DNA of 47,515 nucleotides. Origin: Muribaculaceae bacterium (GTDB lineage: Bacteria > Bacteroidota > Bacteroidia > Bacteroidales > Muribaculaceae). Shown here in pieces: positions 30,718-39,909 of this stretch. Positions within the stretch are counted from its first letter, which is position 1. Each line of letters begins with the position of its first letter. A program made the translations under genes and the position numbers. The notes under the pieces were generated by a model that worked only from the letters and a program-made list of their open reading frames with translations, ran no database searches and had not been told where the DNA came from. The stretch covers positions 1 to 47,515 of the forward strand of contig JAFXHY010000209.1 in NCBI GenBank assembly GCA_017536215.1, given 5' to 3'.

Positions 30718-31356
30718 ATGAAATCTAAGATTACTTTTACGGCTATCATATCCTTATGCTTCATGTTTTTCTCTTGCTCCACAAAGCAAGAAAAAGGTCT
30801 TTCTGATGAGTTTCTTATAGCCAACGACGGCACAATGACCGACCACGATAAGCAGAATGTTAATCACTATAATTATTTTGTCGAGATGGCAGACTCGCTC
30901 ATCGTTTATCACAGAAACTACGATTTGCGACACATGGGACAATGCATAGTCGCCATGAATCGTTCTCGTGACAAAATATCTTGGTTTAGCCATCCTAATG
31001 ACAAACTTAAAAAAAAGACCTCCGAGAACATCTCGAAAATTCAGTCTAAACTTGACAGCCTCGGTGTTCCACAAGAGGTAACTTATCCAATAAATGTCGG
31101 GGAAATCTATCTTTATCCCAAAAACGGAGTTATTGAAATTAACACTGCATCTCCCTCAAATAATTTCAAATTATACAATGCTTCAATAGACTCCGAGGGC
31201 AATTTGGTTAGAACCGTCCATCGCCGCCATATTTTATATGAAGCGACGCAATCTCCTATTGAAGGAGTCTATACTATTAAAGACCTTACCTCTACATACA
31301 CATTAAAAGTTCAAAACGGATTTAAAGCCAGTCCCAAAATAGATTTCCATGATTGA
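30718..31356 (+). CDS. Hypothetical lipoprotein (cargo)
   Basis: MKSKITFTAIISLCFMFFSC lipobox; TAATTTTG promoter at about 30690. Confidence 0.75.
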   Translation: MKSKITFTAIISLCFMFFSCSTKQEKGLSDEFLIANDGTMTDHDKQNVNHYNYFVEMADSLIVYHRNYDLRHMGQCIVAMNRSRDKISWFSHPNDKLKKKTSENISKIQSKLDSLGVPQEVTYPINVGEIYLYPKNGVIEINTASPSNNFKLYNASIDSEGNLVRTVHRRHILYEATQSPIEGVYTIKDLTSTYTLKVQNGFKASPKIDFHD

Positions 31357-31918
31357 TATTAAAAACAACGCCCTCGGCGCTGTGGGCGAACATCAAACTC
31401 TTTCATGATTGCTACTGCTTGGCTATCAAGCTGCAATTACCAATCTATCCGTGAAGAACGATGAATCGACCGACATTTTATGCCGAGATACAAAAGGCCG
31501 ATTTGTTGCCATTCAAGTTAAGGCTACCAAAGGAGACAACATAACTGTAGGCTTTACTCATAAAGAGTTTTATGATGCCAACGGCAACTTGGATTTGGCT
31601 AAGGGCAAAGCATTTCTTGACAAGAAAATAGTCGGACCGTGGGTGCTTGTTCAAGTCTGCGGATCTACCGTTCTCCCCACTTTCAAGTTCTTCATACTTT
31701 CTCCCTCTCAAATACGAGAACTCATCTATGACTCTGAAAAATGGTATCTGACCGGCCACCATCGAGCTAAACTTCCTGATGCCTCAGGACGTATCGGTAT
31801 CCCCGTTCCTTGGTTAAACGGGCAAGGTGTTCCTGCAAATTCTAATCATGTTGAATGGATTAACCCATTCGCTTCTGAGAAGTTTGAGGACGCTTGGCAT
31901 AACTTATTGATTGATTAG
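31349..31918 (+). pseudogene. PD-(D/E)xK nuclease-like gene with an in-frame TGA at 31406-31408
   Basis: MIDIKNNALGAVGEHQTLS*LLLLGYQA...STDIL...IQVKAT. Confidence 0.7.
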
Positions 31919-31919
31919 G

Positions 31920-31992
31920 GCGTTGCGACACCGTCGCCGGGCTATTGTAAACGGAGCCTCGGTCTCCTCCATTCGGCATCTATCCCTAACGC
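31920..31992 (+). repeat. 73-nt structured repeat, copy 1
   Basis: GCGTTGCG...CCCTAACGC with inner GGAGCC-TC-GGTCTCC; homologous to 38106-38178. Confidence 0.75.
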
Positions 31993-32197
31993 TTGTCGAT
32001 AACTTCTTTGATTTTGCTGTTGGTTGGCTCACAAATTATTAGTAACTTTGCAATTACTTAACAGCAAAATCTGTAAATGACCCATTGACATCGAAAATAT
32101 AACGGCGCGAGCCGACAATTTTTTGAAACTCCCAAGTAGTTGTTACAGGCTTTGGTCGGCCTTCAGATGCTACAAGGGAGTTTTGCTTTTGCTATCT

Positions 32198-33943
32198 ATG
32201 GATCGAATAGATATGATACATACTGTTGGGCGAGAGTTCTTGGTCTCAAATATTGAGAACAATGAATTCAGCTATCAACAAGTAATAGACCGTTCATTGA
32301 GCGGCCATTATAAACTTGATATTCGTTTCTTTGATGAAAGTTCTGAAACAGCAGTTTTAATCGAAACCAAACGTAGGTTTACCAATACAGATAAAGAACA
32401 ATTGTTTGCATATGTTTCGTTGGAACAAGAACTGAATCCAGAAACTAATATTATAGCCATACTCGCTAATACTGACAATGATCAGATTAAAGTTTGGAAA
32501 TTCTCTAATAATGAAGCAGCAGGTTTGGAATTGAGCGATTCCAAATTAAAGAGTTTTGAGGAGTATAAAATGTGCTTTATCCCTCAAAATGTAAACGATA
32601 GAAATGCCGTTTTAGAGAATACTTCCAAACTTAATAAAATACTTCATGACAATGGTATTCCTGAAAAGTTAAGGAGCCAATTTGTTGGTACTTGCCTTCT
32701 TGCATTAAAAGAACGTTTGAAATTTAAAGGACTTTCCACATTTCAAATAAATGCAGGAATAAAAGAGATATTGGCATCTATGCTCCATGACAGCCTTGAT
32801 AGGGCCAAGAAACTCGTCGTATTACAAAATAACATTCTTGAAAGTCAAAGCGTTTCTTCTTTACGCTCAGAGGAATATCAAAAGATACTTCTTTTTATAA
32901 AAAAGAATATTTTACCGTACATAAATGAGTATACAACAGAGGGACACGACATACTTAGCTACTTCTTCACCACTTTCAATAAGTACGTAGCACGAGAAGA
33001 CAAAAATCAAGCGTTTACGCCAAATCACATCGCTCACTTCATGTGTAAGGTTGCAGGTATTCACCGCAATATCCGTGTTCTCGACCCAACTTGCGGTTCC
33101 GGAACTTTCTTGGTTCAATCTATGTCACAAATTCTTAAAGAATGTGAGACAGCAAGCGAGAAAAAGCATGTAAAAGAACATCAAATATATGGAATAGAAT
33201 TTGACGAGAATGTATATGGATTAGCAACCACCAATATGTTAATTCATGGTGATGGCAACTCTAACATTCAAGCAGGTTCTTGTTTTGACAAAAAGCAATG
33301 GATTGAATCATCTAATATAAATTTAGTTTTGATGAACCCACCTTATAATGCTTCAAAAAATCAAGTACCGTCTAAATATGCTCGTCTATTTGGGTCTAAA
33401 TCTACGGACCCGACAAAAGGATTAGGTTTTGTACAATATATTGCAGACACTGTAAATCAAGGTAAGCTTTTGACATTATTGCCAATGGCTTGTGCGCTTA
33501 CATCCAGTTCTGTCATCACTGATTTTAAGGAAAAAATGCTTCAAAAACACACCTTGGATGCTGTTTTTTCTTTACCTCCTGATATGTTCTATCCAGGAGC
33601 AAGTGCCGTGGCTATATGTATGGTTTTTAATTTAGGGCAACCACATCCATCTGATTTCGAAACTTTCTTCGGTTATTTTCGAGAAGATGGTTTTGAGAAA
33701 CGGAAAGGTGTTGGTCGCGTCGATATAAATGAAGTATGGGATAGCATAGAATCTGAATGGCTATCTTTATATCGCCACCGCTCTGAAATGCCGGGTAAAA
33801 GTGTTAATAGGGTTATTACTTCAAAAGATGAATGGTGCGCTGAAGCTTATATGGAAACAGATTACTCAGTTTTATCTGACAATAATTTCATTTCCGTGAT
33901 GAAATCTTATGCTGCATATTTAACAGAAAATGAATCCATTTAG
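32198..33943 (+). CDS. BcgI-like (type IIB/IIG) fused endonuclease-N6-adenine methyltransferase
   Basis: N-terminal D...LIETK nuclease motif, FTPNHI, LDPTCGSGTF (motif I), MNPPY (motif IV). Confidence 0.88.
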   Translation: MDRIDMIHTVGREFLVSNIENNEFSYQQVIDRSLSGHYKLDIRFFDESSETAVLIETKRRFTNTDKEQLFAYVSLEQELNPETNIIAILANTDNDQIKVWKFSNNEAAGLELSDSKLKSFEEYKMCFIPQNVNDRNAVLENTSKLNKILHDNGIPEKLRSQFVGTCLLALKERLKFKGLSTFQINAGIKEILASMLHDSLDRAKKLVVLQNNILESQSVSSLRSEEYQKILLFIKKNILPYINEYTTEGHDILSYFFTTFNKYVAREDKNQAFTPNHIAHFMCKVAGIHRNIRVLDPTCGSGTFLVQSMSQILKECETASEKKHVKEHQIYGIEFDENVYGLATTNMLIHGDGNSNIQAGSCFDKKQWIESSNINLVLMNPPYNASKNQVPSKYARLFGSKSTDPTKGLGFVQYIADTVNQGKLLTLLPMACALTSSSVITDFKEKMLQKHTLDAVFSLPPDMFYPGASAVAICMVFNLGQPHPSDFETFFGYFREDGFEKRKGVGRVDINEVWDSIESEWLSLYRHRSEMPGKSVNRVITSKDEWCAEAYMETDYSVLSDNNFISVMKSYAAYLTENESI

Positions 33944-34964
33944 TAATACTAAACTTTTCTCAGTAAAGGAATTATTCCCTTTACTTGTAAACGGAAAAGG
34001 TAATAATAACTTATTATCTGATGGTGATTCTGTACCATATCTTGGTGCAAAAAAGGATGATAATGGAGTGATGCGATATTGTGCCTACGATAGCGCACTA
34101 ATTATGAAAGGAAATTGTATCTGTTTCATCTGTAATGGAGCGGGGTCAGTGGGTTATACCCTTTATATGGATAGACCATTTATAGCTACATCAGATATTG
34201 TTGCTGGCTATAATGAAAAACTTAATCCATATATAGCAATGTACCTTATTTCTCTCTTTGATTTAGAGCGTCCACGTTTTTCATACGGGCGAAAATGGAA
34301 AAAAACGCTTAAGGACACAACGATCCCACTTCCTCAAACAGAAAACGGCACAGTTGATTGGGCGGCAGTAGATTCTTATATTAAAAATTCTATATTGCCG
34401 TTGCTTCCTACCCGTGCGAAGACAATTTGGAATCGTGGACCCATTAATAAACCGATATTTCAGAAAAAGATAAATCTTAATGATAAAATATGGCGTTATT
34501 TCCATATTGCAACATTGTTTAACTCATTTGAAAAATGCAAATGTTCAAGCGCTTCAGAATTATTGGAAGATGGCAATGAAATAGCATATATCGGGGCGAA
34601 AAAAAGTGACAATGGTGTCATGAAATATGTAAAAAGAGAAGAATCCTTAGTTACTAAAGGGAACTGTATTGTTTTTATTGGTGATGGGCAGGGATCAGTA
34701 GGTTATTGTTTGTATCAACCGAATGATTTTATTGGCTCTACAACTCTTGTTGCCGGATATATAGATAACTTGAATCAATATATAGCTCAATTCTTAGTCA
34801 CAGTTCTTGATATGGAAAGATATAGGTATTCTTTCGGGCGTAAATACAATAAGAGTGCTATTATTAATAGTAAAATTAAGCTACCAATAGACGATAAAGG
34901 TAAACCAGATTGGCAGTTTATGGAGAACTATATAAAGAGTCTACCTTTCAGTTCAAATATCTAA
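33930..34964 (+). CDS. HsdS-like specificity subunit (two TRD repeats)
   Basis: Internal duplication YLGAKKDDNGV/YIGAKKSDNGV, FSYGRK/YSFGRK, and PDWQFMENYIK. Confidence 0.88.
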   Translation: MNPFSNTKLFSVKELFPLLVNGKGNNNLLSDGDSVPYLGAKKDDNGVMRYCAYDSALIMKGNCICFICNGAGSVGYTLYMDRPFIATSDIVAGYNEKLNPYIAMYLISLFDLERPRFSYGRKWKKTLKDTTIPLPQTENGTVDWAAVDSYIKNSILPLLPTRAKTIWNRGPINKPIFQKKINLNDKIWRYFHIATLFNSFEKCKCSSASELLEDGNEIAYIGAKKSDNGVMKYVKREESLVTKGNCIVFIGDGQGSVGYCLYQPNDFIGSTTLVAGYIDNLNQYIAQFLVTVLDMERYRYSFGRKYNKSAIINSKIKLPIDDKGKPDWQFMENYIKSLPFSSNI

Positions 34965-34991
34965 GTTAACAATACTTTTTATAATATTTAA

Positions 34992-35909
34992 ATGGAACTC
35001 GATACTCTTAAACAAGAAACCAATCTTCGTAAGGCTTGGCCTAACGAAGCCAAAGACTTTACTCCGTGGCTTGCCGAACATTTAAGTTATGTTGGCGACA
35101 TTCTCGACATGGAATTGGAACTCGTTGAGAAAGAATCAAAGGTAGGAGGCTATTCCGCTGACATTTTAGCGAAAGAAGCTAATACCGACAATTATGTCGT
35201 TATCGAAAATCAGTTGGAAGATTCCAACCATACTCATCTCGGACAACTTTTAACATACGCTTCGGGCAAACAAGCCAAAGCAATAGTTTGGGTCGTTAAA
35301 AAAGCACGTGACGAACATAGAGAGGCTATTGAATGGCTCAATGACAATACTGTCCCTCAAATTGCTTTTTACTTGTTAGAAATTGAACTTTGGCAAATCG
35401 GCTCATCCAAATTAGCTCCCAAATTTAATATTGTGGAACGACCTAATGAATGGGCAAAGACGATAAAACCAAATACTGACGCTTCCGACACTCAGGTATT
35501 GCAACTTGAATTTTGGCAAGCATTTAATGACCATGCCGGGACTACGACATTCATCAAGTCGTTCAGACTCCGTACTGCTAAATCTCAAAATTGGTATGAC
35601 CTTGCTGTTGGAGATAGTCGTTTTCATATTTGCTTAGAAGCTAAAAAACAGAAAGGTGAAGCCACGGTCGGAATATACATTCCGGACGACAAACAGCTAT
35701 ATAATGGTTTCCTTAAGCACAAAACCGAAATAGCAACAGCACTCGGTGTTGCAGAAAATGACATCGAATGGAAAGATGCCTCAAAAGCCACCCGCTTTTA
35801 TCTAAAGAAAAATTTCGATATGGCCGATACCGGTCAATGGATAATCGTTTTCAAATGGTATATTGAAAACTGTTTGGCAATTAAAAAACTAATTCCATCA
35901 ATTATTTGA
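34992..35909 (+). CDS. NucS-like PD-(D/E)xK nuclease with a DUF4268-like C-terminus
   Basis: EAKDFTPWL, ADIL, VVIENQL...HLGQLLTYASG, EFWQAF. Confidence 0.8.
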   Translation: MELDTLKQETNLRKAWPNEAKDFTPWLAEHLSYVGDILDMELELVEKESKVGGYSADILAKEANTDNYVVIENQLEDSNHTHLGQLLTYASGKQAKAIVWVVKKARDEHREAIEWLNDNTVPQIAFYLLEIELWQIGSSKLAPKFNIVERPNEWAKTIKPNTDASDTQVLQLEFWQAFNDHAGTTTFIKSFRLRTAKSQNWYDLAVGDSRFHICLEAKKQKGEATVGIYIPDDKQLYNGFLKHKTEIATALGVAENDIEWKDASKATRFYLKKNFDMADTGQWIIVFKWYIENCLAIKKLIPSII

Positions 35910-36012
35910 AACCGTCAGAATTTCAAATATCGTGAAAATTCAAAACGTTAGTTGCTTTGAAATCCGCAGATAGCTACTTCTCAACCTCAAAACAACTTTT
36001 CAATATATAGCC

Positions 36013-36267
36013 ATGACAAAATTAGGAAAAGTCAAATCGTGGTACATAGACCCCGAAGACAATAAACTGACATACTCTCAACATAATATTCTGTTCGTAG
36101 AAGTAATTGACGGACAGAAGTATTACACCGCTCGTCATGATTCCGTTGAGTCTGACGATTACGATGCAGCAGTAGAAACCGGTGCATTTGAACTCTGCGG
36201 ACAGACCTACAACGCACGTTTCGCTGACATCTATGGTCGAGAGAACTACACCAACGTGACAATATAA
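36013..36267 (+). CDS. Hypothetical protein (cargo)
   Basis: Short ORF with an AT-rich leader, followed by a partial repeat. Confidence 0.6.
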   Translation: MTKLGKVKSWYIDPEDNKLTYSQHNILFVEVIDGQKYYTARHDSVESDDYDAAVETGAFELCGQTYNARFADIYGRENYTNVTI

Positions 36268-36277
36268 TGAGTTTCAA

Positions 36278-36307
36278 GAGTTGCGGCCACGCCGCCGCGC
36301 TTTCGTA
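36278..36307 (+). repeat. Truncated copy of the 73-nt repeat
   Basis: GAGTTGCGGCCACGCCGCCGCGCTTTCGTA matches the 5' half of 38106. Confidence 0.7.
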
Positions 36308-36342
36308 TAAAATATTACTTACAATCAACACATAAAGTAATT

Positions 36343-36924
36343 ATGGTAGATTTATCTCCTTTATTTCCCGAAGCGCAAACAAATATGCGCAACTGGAAAA
36401 ACCGCTACGATGCTGACGAGTTCCCCTATAAGGTCTCGCTCAACATCTTCTATCGCCGCTACACTATGATGTATATGTGGCAAGACATTATGGCTTATGC
36501 CAACGGTCTTAAAGGCCGTAAAGATTTCCAAACCGCTTACCGCGAATTGGAAATGTTATACGCTCAAACTTCAGGTAAGACTCGTATGGTTCTCGAAGAC
36601 AACCTGAGAAACAAGCCAAACGAAAATGTTGGTGGCAGCACTTTCGCTCACTATAACGAGCTTATAAGAAAGACTCGTCAAGGTGACAGGCAGGCTAAGG
36701 AAGAAATAGAGTTCTCCTATTTCTACTATTTCCTTGCTGACAAGGCGACCCTTCTTTGGGCAGCAATCTGTGCAACCGGAGTATCAAAGATTGATGCCGT
36801 CGCTCAGTTGACTGGCTTCCAAATTCAGCCAATGCCTCTCGAAGACTATGCAACCGTTAGCAACGGCTTAGGTCAGCTCGCTGCAGCACCTTTCTTGAAT
36901 AAGCATTATTCGCCTATGCCTTAA
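36343..36924 (+). CDS. Hypothetical protein (cargo)
   Basis: 193-aa ORF ending 4 nt before the next gene. Confidence 0.75.
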   Translation: MVDLSPLFPEAQTNMRNWKNRYDADEFPYKVSLNIFYRRYTMMYMWQDIMAYANGLKGRKDFQTAYRELEMLYAQTSGKTRMVLEDNLRNKPNENVGGSTFAHYNELIRKTRQGDRQAKEEIEFSYFYYFLADKATLLWAAICATGVSKIDAVAQLTGFQIQPMPLEDYATVSNGLGQLAAAPFLNKHYSPMP

Positions 36925-36928
36925 TCTT

Positions 36929-38095
36929 ATGGACGAAGAATATCAAGCAGTCATAAATAGACTTCTCGGAATAAAAGGTTTTGCTAAATTTATGCAAACC
37001 TTTCGTCAAACTGACAATGGAGAGAAACCAATTGTACAGATGATTAACGGATTCAAAGAATATCGTAATTCTTCTGAACCCTTAACTCAGCCTGAAATTT
37101 GGCTACTTGATACCATACAAGATAAGTTGTTTGAGTTATGCCATCGACATCACTCAAACAACTTATTTTACCTCAATGAACACGAAACTATTGGTGATGA
37201 AATCCTTAACGAATTTCGTAAAGATTGGGATGCTTCAAGCAGCGGCAGATGCGCCTATGTAGATCGCGAAAGCAAGATTTACAAAACATTTCGTGAAACA
37301 ACTATCTATGATGAACACCAAGACAATGGTATCATATTAAAATATGATAATGCTAATCATCCTTTAATTTATTCTACTATTGGTAAGGCTCTCTTGAATG
37401 GGGGATTTTTTACCCATGGCTTCCCATTTATTTCCAAGGGTTTCGCTTATGCCAACAAAGCTCATAACATTTTTTGGCATAGTCCATATGGCGTTTTCGG
37501 TTGTACAGAATGTATTTGGGAATTTATCAGGCTGCTTTCAATTGATACGCTGAAGAATAAATATGCCGATTATTACAAGCCGTTAATAAAACTGCTGTTA
37601 GTCTATCTTTCTCGTTCAATTGCATTGTGTCACATTACTAAATTGCCTCAGGCAATAGATTTTTATAAAAATCGAGCATTTTTACTGAAAGACCACTATC
37701 CTATATTTATGGCAATTTTCGCTGATTACGGATTTTTTGCTACAAATATGGAAGTTCAATTTGTTTCAGATAACTTTTTGGGTTATCAATTTGCTGCCGA
37801 ACTTGGCGCACCTGCCCTTGGTGCGGAAATGCTTAATGACTCAAAAAAGATGTATTCATACGGCAGCTTAAATTATTTTAATGAGGATAATGGTCTAAAG
37901 GATATTGAGGATGCTACATGGTTTGAATTGGTCGAAAGAGGAAAATTTAGAATGAATAAAGTTGCTGAAGAAATTATTAAAGAATTGGAACGAGGAGAGT
38001 TAATGATTGATAATATCGTATACAAAAAAATGTTGGAGGATATTTACACTTCAAACAGCAACTCTCATAAACGTTTTGACTGGAAAGAATCATGA
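36929..38095 (+). CDS. AT-rich hypothetical cargo protein, paralogue of 22298-23473
   Basis: HPLIYS, FWHSPYG, YLSRSIA, YSYGSL..GL.DIE.ATWFEL. Confidence 0.8.
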   Translation: MDEEYQAVINRLLGIKGFAKFMQTFRQTDNGEKPIVQMINGFKEYRNSSEPLTQPEIWLLDTIQDKLFELCHRHHSNNLFYLNEHETIGDEILNEFRKDWDASSSGRCAYVDRESKIYKTFRETTIYDEHQDNGIILKYDNANHPLIYSTIGKALLNGGFFTHGFPFISKGFAYANKAHNIFWHSPYGVFGCTECIWEFIRLLSIDTLKNKYADYYKPLIKLLLVYLSRSIALCHITKLPQAIDFYKNRAFLLKDHYPIFMAIFADYGFFATNMEVQFVSDNFLGYQFAAELGAPALGAEMLNDSKKMYSYGSLNYFNEDNGLKDIEDATWFELVERGKFRMNKVAEEIIKELERGELMIDNIVYKKMLEDIYTSNSNSHKRFDWKES

Positions 38096-38105
38096 TACAA
38101 TGTGG

Positions 38106-38178
38106 GAGTTGCGGCATCGCCGCCGCGCTTTCGTAAATCGAGCCTTGGTCTCGACCGTAAGGCTTCAATCGCTAACTC
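38106..38178 (+). repeat. 73-nt structured repeat, copy 2
   Basis: GAGTTGCG...CGCTAACTC with inner TCGAGCC-TT-GGTCTCGA. Confidence 0.75.
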
Positions 38179-38182
38179 ATAC

Positions 38183-38218
38183 GCGAGCTTCGACACCGTC
38201 GGGCTCGCTTTTCTTTTT
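38183..38218 (+). terminator. Terminator closing the cargo block
   Basis: GCGAGCTTCGAC-ACC-GTCGGGCTCGC followed by TTTTCTTTTT. Confidence 0.75.
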
Positions 38219-38236
38219 ATATGGATGTCGCCCCGA

Positions 38237-39056
38237 GGCGATGAATTTTGAGCATAGAGAGGAATTTGACCGTGCTTTGATGCCCTTTGAGGGAGGGATT
38301 TATCAGTAATTACCCCGAACTTTATGTTTCGTCGACTCGTACATTGAGCGATTTTGTTCTCCTGTTCTTCATCGGTTGGGCTTCGTTATTCCGTCTACGT
38401 TACGCTTTGGCCGTCGGTGATTACACGGTGTTGATGTTCCGTATTCGCTTGGGCTGTCGGCCGTTCACAGCCAAATATGCCTTGCAGGTTACGTGAGCCA
38501 TTATTTTGACAAGACGTTTCATAGGGCATACTTGTATGACGCGCTCGGAGCAGCATTGTATTTACATCGCGAAGTTAGCGTCTTTATCTACGCTCGAAAA
38601 GGGCAGGTAAATTCGCTCAAAAAATCTTCCTTTTTTACTGCTTAAAAAAGAGTATTCAAGGGGCAAGCCCTTTTGGACGAACCCTTGTCGGCTAACGTGC
38701 CGGGAGGCACTGATTGGGTCAGACGCATATTCTGCGGTGTAAAACAAACGCGCCCCGGCGCACAAGTAAAACCCAATAAAACTTCAAAACAATGACCCAC
38801 GTAATGAACATATTCGACAGCTCTCTCAACTCCGACAGCTCAATCAAATACTACTCAGTAGAAGTAATCACTTTCGATGGCGAAAGCTACACAGAAGAAA
38901 TCGAAGCCCGCGACGCCGACGAAGCCCAGGAAATCGCAGCTTCAATGTACGACGATGTCGACTACACAATGGTTCAGGGTTGCTTCGCATACTGATAAAT
39001 CAATTCTCCCTCAAAGGGGCTGCTTCGGCAGCCTTCTTTTTTGCTCATTCATCGCC
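38237..39056. repeat. Giant imperfect inverted repeat B (mirror of the 38792 gene)
   Basis: Ordered matches CACGTAA, CCGACAGC, GTAATCAC, CGAAGCCC, TCAATGTACGA, TACTGATAAATC, CTCCCTCAAAGGG, TTCATCGCC. Confidence 0.92.
38792..38995 (+). CDS. Small acidic protein (candidate anti-defence factor)
   Basis: 67 aa with 15 D/E and 2 K/R; A-rich leader; terminator at 39018-39042. Confidence 0.8.
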   Translation: MTHVMNIFDSSLNSDSSIKYYSVEVITFDGESYTEEIEARDADEAQEIAASMYDDVDYTMVQGCFAY

Positions 39057-39909
39057 AACGGCAGCTCCGTTGATTTCCACTGCGTTAATGCTGTCGCGGT
39101 CAGACTCTTTAGCCGTGAGGGCTATCGGGCAGGTGCCTGTCGGCCATCCGAGCTGTCCGCTCCGTTCAATTTGCCGATTTCCATTGTTTCAGGTCGGGTG
39201 ATACTTCGTTTGTTGTCGGAGGATTGAGAGCTATTCTCGCACCGTTGAACTCGACCTTTGCCCTCGCTGACGCACCAACCGCAGGGCTATGGCTCATCTC
39301 GTCCGCTGCCTCTTTTACCTTTTACCATTTACCTTTTGCCTATCAGATGTGTACATCATTGTGAAGCGGTCAGACTTTCGGGCGCGACGGACACCGCCGC
39401 CGCTTGCCTCGATTGAATGCGTTCGATGTGTTCTTGCTACGCAAGCGGCAAGCCGGTGAGGCGTCGCTCCATATCAAGCGCAAGACCATACAGCAGCACT
39501 CTTTAGCCGCATCCTCAGCCTACGCCATGGGTAAACCTTGAACGACATACCGCTGAACTTGCTGCCACGATTGAGTGCGGAGTTGTGTGCCGGTCTCTCA
39601 GGCGGGGCAGTTTGAACCTCTTTTCTGCGTTCAGTTTTCCTTTTGCCAATCTCGTATTCGGGGAGTGAACCGAGGTCTATTTTTCCTGTACAAAGTTAGG
39701 TCGCCAACTCAACTTCCCTCCGGCTCTCTAAAACCGGCTGCGCCTATTTCTGCGACAATTTTACGAAAAATGGTACAAGCCTCATTTTTAGACGCCCGGC
39801 TTAAAATTCTCTGTAAATTTTTGTTCGGTCTCAAACAGCTTCCCACTTGATTGTACCGTAAAAATTAAGAGCCTCGGCTCACATTTCAAACCCCAAATAC
39901 TTCAAAACT

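Noticed and set aside
25634-31408. Stop-codon reassignment to explain the two in-frame stops
   Set aside because: The stops differ (TAA and TGA), both are used as normal terminators throughout the element, and no suppressor tRNA is seen.
31920-38178. Canonical integron attC sites or a CRISPR array
   Set aside because: The order is GTT...AAC and not RYYYAAC...GTTRRRY, no IntI is present, and the copies are kilobases apart with no spacers or cas genes.
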